DNA of 64,000 bases from a virus (IMGVR_UViG_3300019487_000029:1621-65620); one strand, 5' to 3'. Numbered from the stretch's first letter, positions 49,148 to 58,137 are shown. Notes: a model not told the origin generated them from the letters alone. Made by a program: numbers and translations.

Positions 49148-49399
49148 ATGAAAGTTCGGAACTGTTTTCCGAGCGAAAAGAAAACTAGCACGCTATTTAT
49201 TAGCAAGCAAATGAGAACAATGCGATCACAACATAAACAATGGTTTAGCCCCTTGGCAATCAAGGGAGAGAACCTCTCTGTTCAGATTAGTCTGACAAAG
49301 AATGTTTATCTCAATGATCGCCCAGAAGGATTCGGCTCATGATGTAACGTACTCACATACCTTACACCAAGAGCCGAGGAAAAAATCCTCGGCTTTTTT
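49148..49399 (+). promoter_or_regulatory. Leader ORF (49148/49211-49342) plus terminator/antiterminator (attenuator)
   Basis: TCGGCTC 49332-38 is complementary to GAGCCGA 49371-77 in the terminator 5' arm. Confidence 0.65.
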
Positions 49400-49434
49400 G
49401 TTGCCCGAAAACAACAAAGAAGAGAAAGAACGCT

Positions 49435-49623
49435 GTGAAAGAAAAAGTTGAATTTGTCGGTGTGGTTTTGAAGGTCAATGGAAAAGAAGTGACCTTCCCG
49501 AAGGAAAAGGTATCCTTTTCTGCTTCGGAAAGTGAGTGCGACTTGTGCGGCTCACATGGCTCAGTGAACTTGAGCGTGGTTGATGGAAAGAAAGTTCTTG
49601 ACGTAGAAGTTCACGAGTGGTAA
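49435..49623 (+). CDS. Hypothetical protein
   Basis: GTG start, CDLC motif. Confidence 0.55.
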   Translation: MKEKVEFVGVVLKVNGKEVTFPKEKVSFSASESECDLCGSHGSVNLSVVDGKKVLDVEVHEW

Positions 49624-49767
49624 GTTGAGAAAGTAGATTTTGATAGGTTTACATGGTGTTGTTCAACCTAGAAAAAGCACCCGTAGAGGCGAGCCGTGGG
49701 AAATCGGAGACGCCGGTATCAGTGGGGACACTGATGCTACCAACGAAGGTTCACAAATCCCTTTAAT

Positions 49768-50154
49768 TTAGGGAACAAATGCAATACCTGCATGAACTTC
49801 CCGATGGCAATTAGCACAAAGAAGATTGCATTTTTTAATCTCTTCCTTTGCCACATCAATGGATGCAAGTCGCAACAGTTCGGAAACTGATTCTAACTTG
49901 GTTGTCATATCTTTGTGATGAAATTCCAATGCGTTTAGACAACGGTTGTAGCCACAAATTTGGCATTTACCTCCACCAAGTTCTTTTAACAATGTCAAGT
50001 TGTTACGGCGACTTTTTGATTTTCGTTTTTGGGCACATTCTTTGTAATGTGGAGAGCAATGATAGCGGATCGTGCTCATGGATGCTCCCGTTATTTTTTC
50101 AATGGCAGAATATGATTTGCCTTCGCCTCTCAATTTCAAAATTTGTTCTTTCAT
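49768..50154 (-). CDS. HTH-HNH endonuclease
   Basis: GGKCQICGY..EFHH..LLCANCHREVH. Confidence 0.88.
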   Translation of the reverse strand: MKEQILKLRGEGKSYSAIEKITGASMSTIRYHCSPHYKECAQKRKSKSRRNNLTLLKELGGGKCQICGYNRCLNALEFHHKDMTTKLESVSELLRLASIDVAKEEIKKCNLLCANCHREVHAGIAFVP

Positions 50155-50217
50155 AAGTGTTGTGGCGAGTCTTATGTTGTCTCGCCATACATAAATAGTT
50201 TTCAAAAAACATAAAAT

Positions 50218-50294
50218 GGGATGCAAGCTCTAATAGTGGTAAGCTACCGGCTTTTAACCGGAAGGACACGGGGCAGTACCGTGGCGTCCTACCA
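50218..50294 (+). tRNA. tRNA-Lys (TTT)
   Basis: Loop CTTTTAA, CCA. Confidence 0.88.
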
Positions 50295-50345
50295 ATTTTC
50301 AAACCCTTTAACGTGTTTTGGAGACTATAAGAAATATGTAGTCTT

Positions 50346-50690
50346 ATGCCAACAGAACAATGGAGAAAAGAACATGTTAAAAAATTGCGACAATATCGTC
50401 GCCAGTGGTATGCTTCTAACAAAAGACATGCCAAGAAAAAGATTATTCAACGTAAGGAAGAATTAAAGCGATGGATGGATACTCTCAAAGAAACTCTTCA
50501 ATGTAATTGTGGAGCATCACACGTTGCTGTTCTTACGTTTCATCATCGTGATCCTAAGAAAAAAGAAATAGAAGTATCACGAGCAGTTGCCGATGGATGG
50601 AGCAAAGAACGAATTTTGAAAGAGATTGAAAAGTGTGATGTTCTTTGTAGAAATTGTCATGCAATTATTCATTGGGAAGAAAACAAATAG
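50346..50690 (+). CDS. HNH endonuclease
   Basis: TFHHRDP..KCDVLCRNCHAIIH. Confidence 0.85.
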   Translation: MPTEQWRKEHVKKLRQYRRQWYASNKRHAKKKIIQRKEELKRWMDTLKETLQCNCGASHVAVLTFHHRDPKKKEIEVSRAVADGWSKERILKEIEKCDVLCRNCHAIIHWEENK

Positions 50691-50761
50691 GCGGGGTGCC
50701 AGCAGCACAGTAGAGTCTCCAAAACTCAGCTTGGTCGGGGCAGCACCGACTCCGCTTGCCA
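50689..50761 (+). tRNA. tRNA-Trp (CCA)
   Basis: Loop CTCCAAA, G73. Confidence 0.8.
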
Positions 50762-50817
50762 ATTTGCGGAAACAGCGTGCGTCTGAAAAGACGAGGGTCG
50801 CTACCGCCACAATTTAT

Positions 50818-50888
50818 AGGCAGTTGCTTTAGAAGCAGACCGAACTCCAAATCCGGTTAAGTGGGAGCGTAACCTACACTGCCTGCCA
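50818..50888 (+). tRNA. tRNA-Trp (CCA)
   Basis: Loop CTCCAAA, G73, short D arm. Confidence 0.75.
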
Positions 50889-50890
50889 AT

Positions 50891-51147
50891 TTCTCGTTTA
50901 GTGTATATTAACACTTCAAGGTAACTGAGGATATACGTAAAGGCTACATATAAATCCTTAACGCAACAATGCGATGGGCAACCATAAAAAACGTGAGCCA
51001 GCAGAAAGGCAGAAAGGCTGGACAGGCGTTGCGGATGCTAAGGTAGCACAATATCGTAAAAAGTAGGGGAAGTAGATTTGCTTGTAGCACAGAAGGCACC
51101 CGCACATCGCATTTGAGCCTTCAGGAGTTGGAACGCCAACACGAGAA
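50891..51147 (+). ncRNA. tRNA-framed large ncRNA (about 255 nt)
   Basis: TTCTCGT/ACGAGAA terminal stem, D- and T-like arms, large insert. Confidence 0.55.
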
Positions 51148-51156
51148 AATTTTTAT

Positions 51157-51231
51157 GGTGATGTTGTTGTAATAGTAGCATCCTAGCTTGTGAAGCTTGT
51201 AGAGCGGGAGCGTAACCCGTACATCACCCCA
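51157..51231 (+). tRNA. tRNA-His (GTG)
   Basis: G-1, C73, loop TTGTGAA. Confidence 0.88.
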
Positions 51232-51240
51232 ATTTCAATT

Positions 51241-51314
51241 GCCTCGGTCGTATAATGGTATTATGCGACTTTCGTAAAGTTGAGACGGGGGTTCGATTCC
51301 CTTCCGAGGCTCCA
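51241..51314 (+). tRNA. tRNA-Thr (CGT)
   Basis: Canonical. Confidence 0.92.
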
Positions 51315-51357
51315 TTTAAGTTGTAGTTTTGAACCATTGAATCATATTTATTAGAAT

Positions 51358-51858
51358 ATGACAATACTTCGAGAATGCAACCAATGTGGTAATAGTTTAA
51401 CTAAACGGTGGCAAACGAAATTTTGCTCTTCAGAATGTTCTGCTACCTATAACAATTTACATCATAAAACTGGCAGATTCAAACATGGAATGTTTACAAA
51501 AAAATTGTGTAAAGAATGTGGCAATGAAACAAAAAACCGAAAATACTGTTCGTCTGAGTGTGCGAATAAAGGAAGAAAAAAAGAATGGGAGCAGAAACTC
51601 CAAACCGGAAAAATCACTTATTCATACACAAATGGACAAGTTCGAAAATGGTTGTTAAACAACAGAGAACATAAATGTGAAAGTTGTCATCTTACAGATT
51701 GGTTGGATAAACCAATAAATTTGACAATGGAACATAAAGATGGGAATGCTTGCAATAACATTCCTGAAAATTTAATGCTTTTGTGTTGGAATTGTCATAG
51801 TATGACGTTGACGTTTGGCCGTAAAAACATAAATGGCACACGACATTACAGAAAATAA
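51358..51858 (+). CDS. HNH endonuclease
   Basis: FCS..C repeats; EHKDGN..NN..ENL.LLCWNCH. Confidence 0.88.
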   Translation: MTILRECNQCGNSLTKRWQTKFCSSECSATYNNLHHKTGRFKHGMFTKKLCKECGNETKNRKYCSSECANKGRKKEWEQKLQTGKITYSYTNGQVRKWLLNNREHKCESCHLTDWLDKPINLTMEHKDGNACNNIPENLMLLCWNCHSMTLTFGRKNINGTRHYRK

Positions 51859-51950
51859 TCTCTGAAATAAATCAATTTGGTTCTTCATTCGGTGAACCAG
51901 AAGTAATGCCCTTTCCACAAGGTCATGTAAATCTTCAAAAACCGACTTCT

Positions 51951-52025
51951 GGTCTCTAAACTTTGATGGTGAAGCACTGGCTCTTAACCAGTTGGAACTC
52001 GGTTCGAGTCCGAGAGGGACCACCA
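51951..52025 (+). tRNA. tRNA-Lys (CTT)
   Basis: Loop CTCTTAA. Confidence 0.9.
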
Positions 52026-52168
52026 ATTTGATAGGTTAATCAATGTTCGGTTAACCTAGTGGAATGAGATAGATGTGAAAGCCGCAAGCTCCACAGAACA
52101 AGTGAGACATTTGCAAGACGGTGCAACTCCGTTGCGATCTCAGTGTGAAATCCTCAGAAAACTATTTC

Positions 52169-52244
52169 GGGCCAGTAGCATCAATGTAATGCGTCTCACT
52201 TGCAATGAGAAAATTGCGGGTTCAAGTCCCGCCTGTGTCCACCA
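52169..52244 (+). tRNA. tRNA-Ala (TGC)
   Basis: Loop CTTGCAA; bulged acceptor stem. Confidence 0.8.
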
Positions 52245-52339
52245 ATTTGTAAAGTGAAAGACAGAATATGTCAGAGAGCGAGTAAACACTCGGTCAACAT
52301 AGCAATGGCTCTTCATGTTGAGAACATGACACTTCACAT

Positions 52340-52417
52340 CTCTCCGTCGCCTAACTTGGTATGGCACTTGATTTGGGGTCAAGAATAATGTAGGTTCAAA
52401 TCCTATCGGGGAGACCA
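52340..52417 (+). tRNA. tRNA-Pro (TGG)
   Basis: Loop TTTGGGG, C1:G72, A73. Confidence 0.88.
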
Positions 52418-52423
52418 ATTTAT

Positions 52424-52504
52424 CGTCTGATCGTCTAAAACCTAAGACACCAACACTGTACTAACGTTGGAGATGCGTGGATGAAGTCATGACAACGACG
52501 ACCA
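52424..52504 (+). pseudogene. Degenerate tRNA-like gene (11-nt anticodon loop)
   Basis: CCAAC-N11-GTTGG; ends ACCA. Confidence 0.5.
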
Positions 52505-52609
52505 ATTTGAGCTAGTAGGTAAGTAAGCCCCGGAAGGGGACACTAGGAGCGAAACTCTGCTTAGACCCCCGTGTGAACGGTGTGGGAGGCTACCTTCGGT
52601 ATCTAATTT

Positions 52610-52667
52610 GAGATACTAACAGCAACCAAAAAACTTGTTTATTCAACAAACCAAAAAATGGTATCTC
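52610..52667 (+). ncRNA. Minimal ACAGCAA-stem RNA
   Basis: GAGATAC-taACAGCAA...GTATCTC. Confidence 0.55.
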
Positions 52668-52673
52668 GCTTTT

Positions 52674-52748
52674 GGGCATATAAAGTAAGAGGAACCTACC
52701 TGTCTGTCACACAGGAGTTCGTGAGTGCGATTCTCCGTATGCCCGCCA
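52674..52748 (+). tRNA. tRNA-Asp (GTC)
   Basis: Loop CTGTCAC, G73. Confidence 0.8.
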
Positions 52749-52791
52749 ATTTGAACTTGACATGTTTTTCCATTTATACGATAATGTGAAA

Positions 52792-53238
52792 ATGATATAT
52801 CAGGTTGTCTGTCCATATTGTAAAAATGAGTTTGCGTGTCCTAAAAATAAGGATACTAGATTCTGTTCAAAACGATGTTGGGGAAATTTTCAAGTCGAAG
52901 CTCGTCTCATTAAAAACTCTATCTATGATAAATCCATTCGTGGATGGTGTTATAGACATCTTGAACAAAAATGTTATGAATGTGGTCAAAGTACTCAATG
53001 GAATAATAAACCATTGAGATTACAAGTAAACCACAGAAATGGCAATACTCGTGACAATCGCCGCAGTAACTTGGGAATGATTTGCCCAAATTGCCACACT
53101 CAAACAGAAAATTGGGGTGTAAAGAATGCATCAGAAAAAGGAAAGCTGAAAATGGTTGAGGGAGCAGCACTGATGCGGAAATCAAATTTGGGGTCGAGGA
53201 AGAACAGCAGACTCGCCTGCCTGTCACGCAGGAGATAG
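52792..53238 (+). CDS. HNH endonuclease (3' end overlaps tRNA-Asp)
   Basis: HRNGNTRDN..NL..ICPNCHTQT. Confidence 0.85.
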   Translation: MIYQVVCPYCKNEFACPKNKDTRFCSKRCWGNFQVEARLIKNSIYDKSIRGWCYRHLEQKCYECGQSTQWNNKPLRLQVNHRNGNTRDNRRSNLGMICPNCHTQTENWGVKNASEKGKLKMVEGAALMRKSNLGSRKNSRLACLSRRR

Positions 53239-53265
53239 CGGGGGCAGCACCCGTCGATCCCGCCA
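53190..53265 (+). tRNA. tRNA-Asp (GTC)
   Basis: Loop CTGTCAC, G73. Confidence 0.85.
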
Positions 53266-53267
53266 TT

Positions 53268-53341
53268 CGTCATATAACTCAATAGTAGAGCAGCCGCCCG
53301 ATAAGCGGAAGACCGTGGAGCGTAACCACGTATGACGACCA
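53268..53341 (+). tRNA. tRNA-Ile (GAT)
   Basis: Loop CCGATAA. Confidence 0.8.
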
Positions 53342-53344
53342 TTT

Positions 53345-53420
53345 CGCTCCGTAGCTCATTCAGCAGAGCGTTCTCTTGATAAGGGAAGGGTGGTTGGAGC
53401 AAAGCCAACCGGAGCGACCA
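53345..53420 (+). tRNA. tRNA-Ile (GAT)
   Basis: Loop TTGATAA. Confidence 0.85.
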
Positions 53421-53503
53421 ATTTATGGGTTTACAGAGAGTACAAACTCTGTTAGTCAGCCTTGTCTTAAAAACGTTTGACGAGGCAAGCCATCCGATTT
53501 CAT

Positions 53504-53579
53504 TCCCGTTTCAAGTATAAAAGTAGTACGCATGGCTTTGAACCATGAGGCGGTGGGGCAGTACCATCAACGGGAGCCA
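53504..53579 (+). tRNA. tRNA-Gln (TTG)
   Basis: U1:A72, G73, loop CTTTGAA. Confidence 0.85.
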
Positions 53580-53717
53580 ATTTACGGGGGTGTCGGAGCA
53601 GCGGAGTTCTAAGAACCATTCATGAGTGGAGTATCTGACGTTGAAGCTGTGCCTATTCCCCATCTTAATTTCTGTCTCATATACAATAGGAAGACGGTGT
53701 GTTGATCCTTCGCATGT

Positions 53718-53792
53718 CGGGCGTGAGGAAGACAGCAATCCGCACCGTTTGGGACGGTGAGACACTGAGGGCAGCACTCAGACGCCCGACCA
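53718..53792 (+). tRNA. tRNA-Pro (TGG)
   Basis: Loop TTTGGGA. Confidence 0.85.
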
Positions 53793-53798
53793 CTTTTT

Positions 53799-53885
53799 GC
53801 ACTTGTCGTCAAATTGGATTGGCAGCAGCCTACGAAGCTGTGTAGCGAAAGCTCTATGAGAGTTCGAATCTCTCCAAGTGTACCA
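53799..53885 (+). tRNA. tRNA-Arg (ACG) with long variable arm
   Basis: Loop CTACGAA; V-arm AGC-GAAA-GCT. Confidence 0.8.
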
Positions 53886-53891
53886 TTTTAT

Positions 53892-53967
53892 GCTCTCGTG
53901 GTGAAATTGGACATCACGCAACCCTGCGAAGGTTGAGTTTCCAGTTCGACTCTGGACGTGAGCACCA
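53892..53967 (+). tRNA. tRNA-Arg (GCG)
   Basis: CAACC-CTGCGAA-GGTTG. Confidence 0.85.
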
Positions 53968-54067
53968 ATTTCAAACACAACCCCAGACGTGGGTGGACAA
54001 AACGCAAAAAACTGCGACCGCTTGAATAACATATAGATGAATACGTGGCATTGACGTGTTTGATTAT

Positions 54068-54142
54068 GGGGAGGATAGTGAAGTGGCATCACACAACTAT
54101 GACACAGTTGAAACATCCGTTCGATTCGGAACCACCCTACCA
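54068..54142 (+). tRNA. tRNA-Val (GAC)
   Basis: Loop ATGACAC. Confidence 0.75.
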
Positions 54143-54148
54143 ATTTAT

Positions 54149-54223
54149 GGCCCTGTAGTGCAAGAGAAGCACGGTTGGCTTTCAACCAACAAATCGTGAG
54201 TGCAACGCTCCGCAGGGCTACCA
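54149..54223 (+). tRNA. tRNA-Glu (TTC)
   Basis: Loop CTTTCAA. Confidence 0.8.
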
Positions 54224-54229
54224 ATTTCC

Positions 54230-54302
54230 GCTCCTGTAAGATAATGTAGTCCCTTCGCCTGATTAGCGTTGTATATCGGTTCAAGTCCGGTCGGGAGCAC
54301 CA
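54230..54302 (+). tRNA. Degenerate tRNA (GAT)
   Basis: Weak anticodon stem, loop CTGATTA. Confidence 0.55.
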
Positions 54303-54311
54303 ATTTCATAT

Positions 54312-54397
54312 GCCTCACTATACCTCTAAAGATGGGGTTCTGACTGTAAATCAGACGCCTTCGGGCTGGGTAGGTGCAATACCTACGTGGGGCACCA
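54312..54397 (+). tRNA. tRNA-Tyr (GTA)
   Basis: Loop CTGTAAA, long V-arm. Confidence 0.85.
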
Positions 54398-54402
54398 TTT
54401 TC

Positions 54403-54561
54403 GGGGATGTGGGCAAGAGTGACGAAAGCCATCGGCATTAGAAGCCGTGAACAACTCCTTAGTAAGTAACTGTGAGGTAGGGGATAAACTAGGATAAACC
54501 CCTTGCATAGATTGCTGATCAGGAGCGAACATCGCAGGTTCAAATCCTGCTGTCCCCACCA
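54403..54561 (+). tRNA. tRNA-Leu (TAG)-like with about 85-nt variable region
   Basis: Acceptor GGGGATG/TGTCCCC, loop ATTAGAA, canonical T arm. Confidence 0.65.
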
Positions 54562-54781
54562 CTTTCAGAAAACCAAACAAAAAACATATGAATCTAGGAC
54601 ACATTCTCGGCAAAAAGCGTAATCGTCTCAGTCGTTGTGGAAAGCGTCTCGCCTCCAAAGAGTTGACGGCAGACCAACGTTCTCGTATTACGCAACGAGC
54701 GGCAGACTTGGAGAAAGAACTTCGAGTTGCCAAAAAGTAAGCTTGGCATAACTTTCACTGTTATGCCAACTATGTATAGTC

Positions 54782-55141
54782 ATGGAAAAGATTATACAAA
54801 AAGAATGCGAATATCATGGAGTAACGGATTATATCCTTGAAGGAAGAGGAACCCATCGGTGCCGCAAATGCCGAAGTGAACGAGTAAGTCGATGGAGAAA
54901 AAATAATAAGGAAAGGTTGGTTGCGGAATTTGGGGGAGCGTGTAAAATTTGTGGTTACAACAAATGTGTGGGAAATATGGTGTTCCATCATATGGACCCA
55001 ATGCAAAAGGGGTTTTCAATTGCAGAAAAAGGAAACACCATTTCGTATGAGCGATTAAAAAAAGAAGCTCAAAAATGCACTTTACTTTGTTGTCGCTGTC
55101 ATGGAGAAGTTCATGCAGGTTTGACCTTTATTCCAGTGTGA
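54782..55141 (+). CDS. HNH endonuclease
   Basis: GGACKICGY..FHH..LLCCRCHGEVH. Confidence 0.88.
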   Translation: MEKIIQKECEYHGVTDYILEGRGTHRCRKCRSERVSRWRKNNKERLVAEFGGACKICGYNKCVGNMVFHHMDPMQKGFSIAEKGNTISYERLKKEAQKCTLLCCRCHGEVHAGLTFIPV

Positions 55142-55205
55142 TGAAACAGTATCATGCCAAGCTGTTACCTTGGACTTCTTCGGGCGGAACGAAGCACTAG
55201 AGCCA
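55132..55205 (+). tRNA. tRNA-Asn (GTT)
   Basis: Loop CTGTTAC, G73. Confidence 0.75.
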
Positions 55206-55233
55206 TTTCGCAGTTTGGATCATATTTATACGT

Positions 55234-55560
55234 ATGAATGAGTCTGATCTTCAAGCCCTAATCAAACAGGTTCGTAAAGAAACTCTCAACGAAGAGCTTA
55301 TGAACCTTGACAAACTTACCGATGGAATATCAACCGTCTCGTTGGTCGGTAAGGAATGGAACAAGTTGATTTCCGGGTTGGAAGGTCTTTTGAACGAGAC
55401 TAAGGATTTCAATCAAATGTATTCAGCAGCACTGCATGGTCCTCAACCAAATACCGGCGGGGCAATGGTGAACTTGGCAATGATTCTGAAGTTGTTAGGG
55501 GCTATCAAGCCCGTGGTCCTTGGTATGGATGACATTCAGAAAAAAGACATGTATTCATGA
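55234..55560 (+). CDS. Hypothetical protein
   Basis: TATTTAT upstream; LIKQVRKETLNEE. Confidence 0.7.
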   Translation: MNESDLQALIKQVRKETLNEELMNLDKLTDGISTVSLVGKEWNKLISGLEGLLNETKDFNQMYSAALHGPQPNTGGAMVNLAMILKLLGAIKPVVLGMDDIQKKDMYS

Positions 55561-55919
55561 TTAGACTGAGACAACTCGTTAAAGAAAACTCATACGAGCA
55601 GTTTTCATGGTTGGACCCCGATGGAAATTTCCACGTTGTTCCAACTGAAGGACATTCGGCGTTCGCCAAGGAAATGCTGAATAAACTGAGAATGCCGTCG
55701 TCAGATGTCTATGGAACCATGTACGATTTGGGATGGGTCCGAGTGACCATGTTTGGTTACATGGGTCAATACGGAGTGCATTTCAATCTTCGAAAAGGTA
55801 AGCGTCCTACGTCAATTCAAAAAGATGCTCTGATTGATCTTGCAAAACGGAACGGGGCGTATGAGATAATTGACGACACAAACGGAGGCGTCGCTTACAC
55901 AGATGAATTTTGGGAATAA
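55557..55919 (+). CDS. Hypothetical protein
   Basis: [11 protein letters not shown]-terminus. Confidence 0.7.
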   Translation: MIRLRQLVKENSYEQFSWLDPDGNFHVVPTEGHSAFAKEMLNKLRMPSSDVYGTMYDLGWVRVTMFGYMGQYGVHFNLRKGKRPTSIQKDALIDLAKRNGAYEIIDDTNGGVAYTDEFWE

Positions 55920-55923
55920 CAAT

Positions 55924-56598
55924 ATGAAACGAAAAAATGGATTTACGTTGATCGAACTGTTGGTAGTGATTGCTATCATTGCAATCCTTGCCGCCATGTT
56001 ACTGCCCGCTTTGTCAAAGGCAAAGGGGTCTGCACAAAAGATTCAATGTGTGAACAACATCCGTCAACTCGGAATGTCTGCAAAGATGTATGCCGATGAA
56101 AACGATGACAAGTTCATGCCTCGCTTGGGTGGAGCACAGAACTTTTGGCCAGCACAGTTGAGCAATTACATTGCTACGCCTACGTTTTTGCGTTGTCCGT
56201 CCGATGTTTCAAAACCAGCTACGTTTGGGGCGGGTGATCCAAATGCATACATTTCGGCACCACGAAGTTTCATCTTCAATGGATTCAACGACTATTTCAA
56301 AAAAGACCTGACCGACAATTCTCCGCTTCCGCAAGGGGCTGAGATGCCAGAGTCCGCAATTCAACAGAGTAGCGAAACCATTCTCTTCGGAGAAAAGGAA
56401 TCAAACTCTGGTCACTATTGGATGGACTATTGGCAAGGCGATGACTACCGAGAAGTAGAACAGGTTCGTCACAACGGTAGTTCAAACTATGCGTTTGATG
56501 ACGGTAGTGCTAGGAGTCTCCGATTCGGCGAATCTTTCATACCAGTCAATCTCTGGTTCGTCAAAGAAGAATGGAGAAACTTGGGTGCTGCATTTTAA
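55924..56598 (+). CDS. Prepilin-type N-terminal methylation / H-X9-DG domain protein (PVC-type)
   Basis: [25 protein letters not shown]; [13 protein letters not shown]. Confidence 0.92.
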   Translation: MKRKNGFTLIELLVVIAIIAILAAMLLPALSKAKGSAQKIQCVNNIRQLGMSAKMYADENDDKFMPRLGGAQNFWPAQLSNYIATPTFLRCPSDVSKPATFGAGDPNAYISAPRSFIFNGFNDYFKKDLTDNSPLPQGAEMPESAIQQSSETILFGEKESNSGHYWMDYWQGDDYREVEQVRHNGSSNYAFDDGSARSLRFGESFIPVNLWFVKEEWRNLGAAF

Positions 56599-56600
56599 TT

Positions 56601-56684
56601 GGGAGTTAGGACTAATGATGGTCGCTTGGCTGTAAACCAAGTAACATGCATGTGTAGGTGGTTCGATTCCGCCAACTCCCACCA
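56601..56684 (+). tRNA. tRNA-Tyr (GTA)
   Basis: Loop CTGTAAA. Confidence 0.85.
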
Positions 56685-56872
56685 CTTTACATCCCTACTC
56701 CGAGGCAATCTATGTGTATGAAGTGCTTGAAACATTAGCCAGACGTAGTAATACACGAAGACGGAGAATGGTTGCAGCTACCATTCATTAAAAGATTGTT
56801 TGATGTATTTATGCCACGTAAAACTTGCAAGCTTTTCGTTTCATGAGCGAAAAGGAGTGGCACCACTTTCAT

Positions 56873-56967
56873 TGGCAGTTACTCTAATTGGTAAGAGATC
56901 AGGTTGTTACCCTGACGTAATCGGTAGAAATAACCGTATGGAGGTTCAAGTCCTTTGCTGCCAGCCA
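56873..56967 (+). tRNA. tRNA-Asn (GTT) with long variable arm
   Basis: TCAGG-TTGTTAC-CCTGA. Confidence 0.75.
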
Positions 56968-57015
56968 TTTTACTAAAATAAGTAATTAACCACTATTGGT
57001 TAACTATTTATTACC

Positions 57016-57582
57016 ATGTCAAAACAAAGTCAAAGAGTCATTGATTGGAGACGCAGAACCAAAGAACGTATAATTCAAGCATTTGGAGGTTCCTGTGGAA
57101 TTTGTGGCTATAACAAATGCCAACGGTCGTTAGACATTCATCATCTTAACCCTTTGCAGAAAGAGTTTTCGTTGGCAAGTATTCGGGCTTGGCCAAAAGC
57201 ATGGACATCAATTGTAGTTGAGTTACGTAAGTGTGTGTTGCTTTGTAAAAATTGTCACGGAGAAGTTCATGATAATGTAACACAGATTCCTTTTAGCATA
57301 TCAAAATTTGATGAATCATTTTCCGATTACAAAACGCTTCGATCTCTTGACAAAAAAAGCAAAACAACTAAAAATTGCCCTGTTTGTAAAGCCGAAATGT
57401 TTGCAGCGTCAAAGACATGTTCCAAATCCTGTGCAGCAACCTTGTCGTGGTCAATAGATTGGGATAAAATTGACTTATATGATTTGATTGTCAATCAAAA
57501 GAAATCTCAATATTCAGTTGCAAAAATGTTAGGATGTTCACCCGCAGCGGTGTGGAAGCGTATAAAAAAGTTAATTCCATAG
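57016..57582 (+). CDS. HNH endonuclease with C-terminal HTH
   Basis: GGSCGICGY..IHH..LLCKNCHGEVH. Confidence 0.88.
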   Translation: MSKQSQRVIDWRRRTKERIIQAFGGSCGICGYNKCQRSLDIHHLNPLQKEFSLASIRAWPKAWTSIVVELRKCVLLCKNCHGEVHDNVTQIPFSISKFDESFSDYKTLRSLDKKSKTTKNCPVCKAEMFAASKTCSKSCAATLSWSIDWDKIDLYDLIVNQKKSQYSVAKMLGCSPAAVWKRIKKLIP

Positions 57583-57648
57583 TAGCTCAATGGTAGAGCT
57601 TGGCTGTTAACCGAATGGTTCTTGGTTCGAGTCCAGTTGTTAGGGCCA
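57576..57648 (+). tRNA. tRNA-Asn (GTT), degenerate acceptor stem
   Basis: TAGCTCAATGGTAGAGC, loop CTGTTAA. Confidence 0.6.
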
Positions 57649-57875
57649 AATTAAATCGCCGTGGATGGTATCGCCCATCCGTAGAAATAATAAGTTCTTA
57701 GTGTTAAGATGCGGCGTAAATCATTTCTAGTTTTCAACACCGAAAAATATCACTGCTCGCAAGAAGTAGTGAATTCACACAGGCATGATGTCTGTGTGAC
57801 GCATGTTGACTTGTTACGGCTGAAATCGAACATGAATATGGGACGACGTTAGCCATATTAAAAACCGTCTTTAAT

Positions 57876-57952
57876 GCTATCGTGGTGATAATGGAATCAT
57901 GCTTGGCTTCGAACCAAGAGAATAGGGGGTTCGATTCCCTCCGGTAGCACCA
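57876..57952 (+). tRNA. tRNA-Arg (TCG)
   Basis: Loop CTTCGAA. Confidence 0.88.
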
Positions 57953-57956
57953 ATTT

Positions 57957-58054
57957 GGAAAAGGTAGTGTCAGAGTGGTTTATTGTGCCGTCGTGCAGAC
58001 GGGCGAAATGGTAAAACATTTCCGTGGGTTCGAATCCCACTTATCTTTTCCGCA
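57957..58054 (+). tRNA. Ser-type tRNA-like RNA with about 11-bp acceptor stem and aberrant anticodon loop
   Basis: GGAAAAGGTAG/TTATCTTTTCC; CCGTC-GTGCA-GACGG. Confidence 0.55.
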
Positions 58055-58055
58055 C

Positions 58056-58133
58056 CCCGCTTGAGCTAGTGCGGTCATTCAGCACTCGCCTGAAGAGCGA
58101 GACAACTCGGTTCGACTCCGAGAGGCGGGACCA
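58056..58133 (+). tRNA. tRNA-Phe (GAA)
   Basis: Loop CTGAAGA. Confidence 0.85.
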
Positions 58134-58137
58134 ATTT

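Noticed and set aside
50891-51147. Group I intron in a tRNA, or a second tmRNA
   Set aside because: No recognisable P7 (R/S) elements, no Ala-type acceptor end and no tag ORF.
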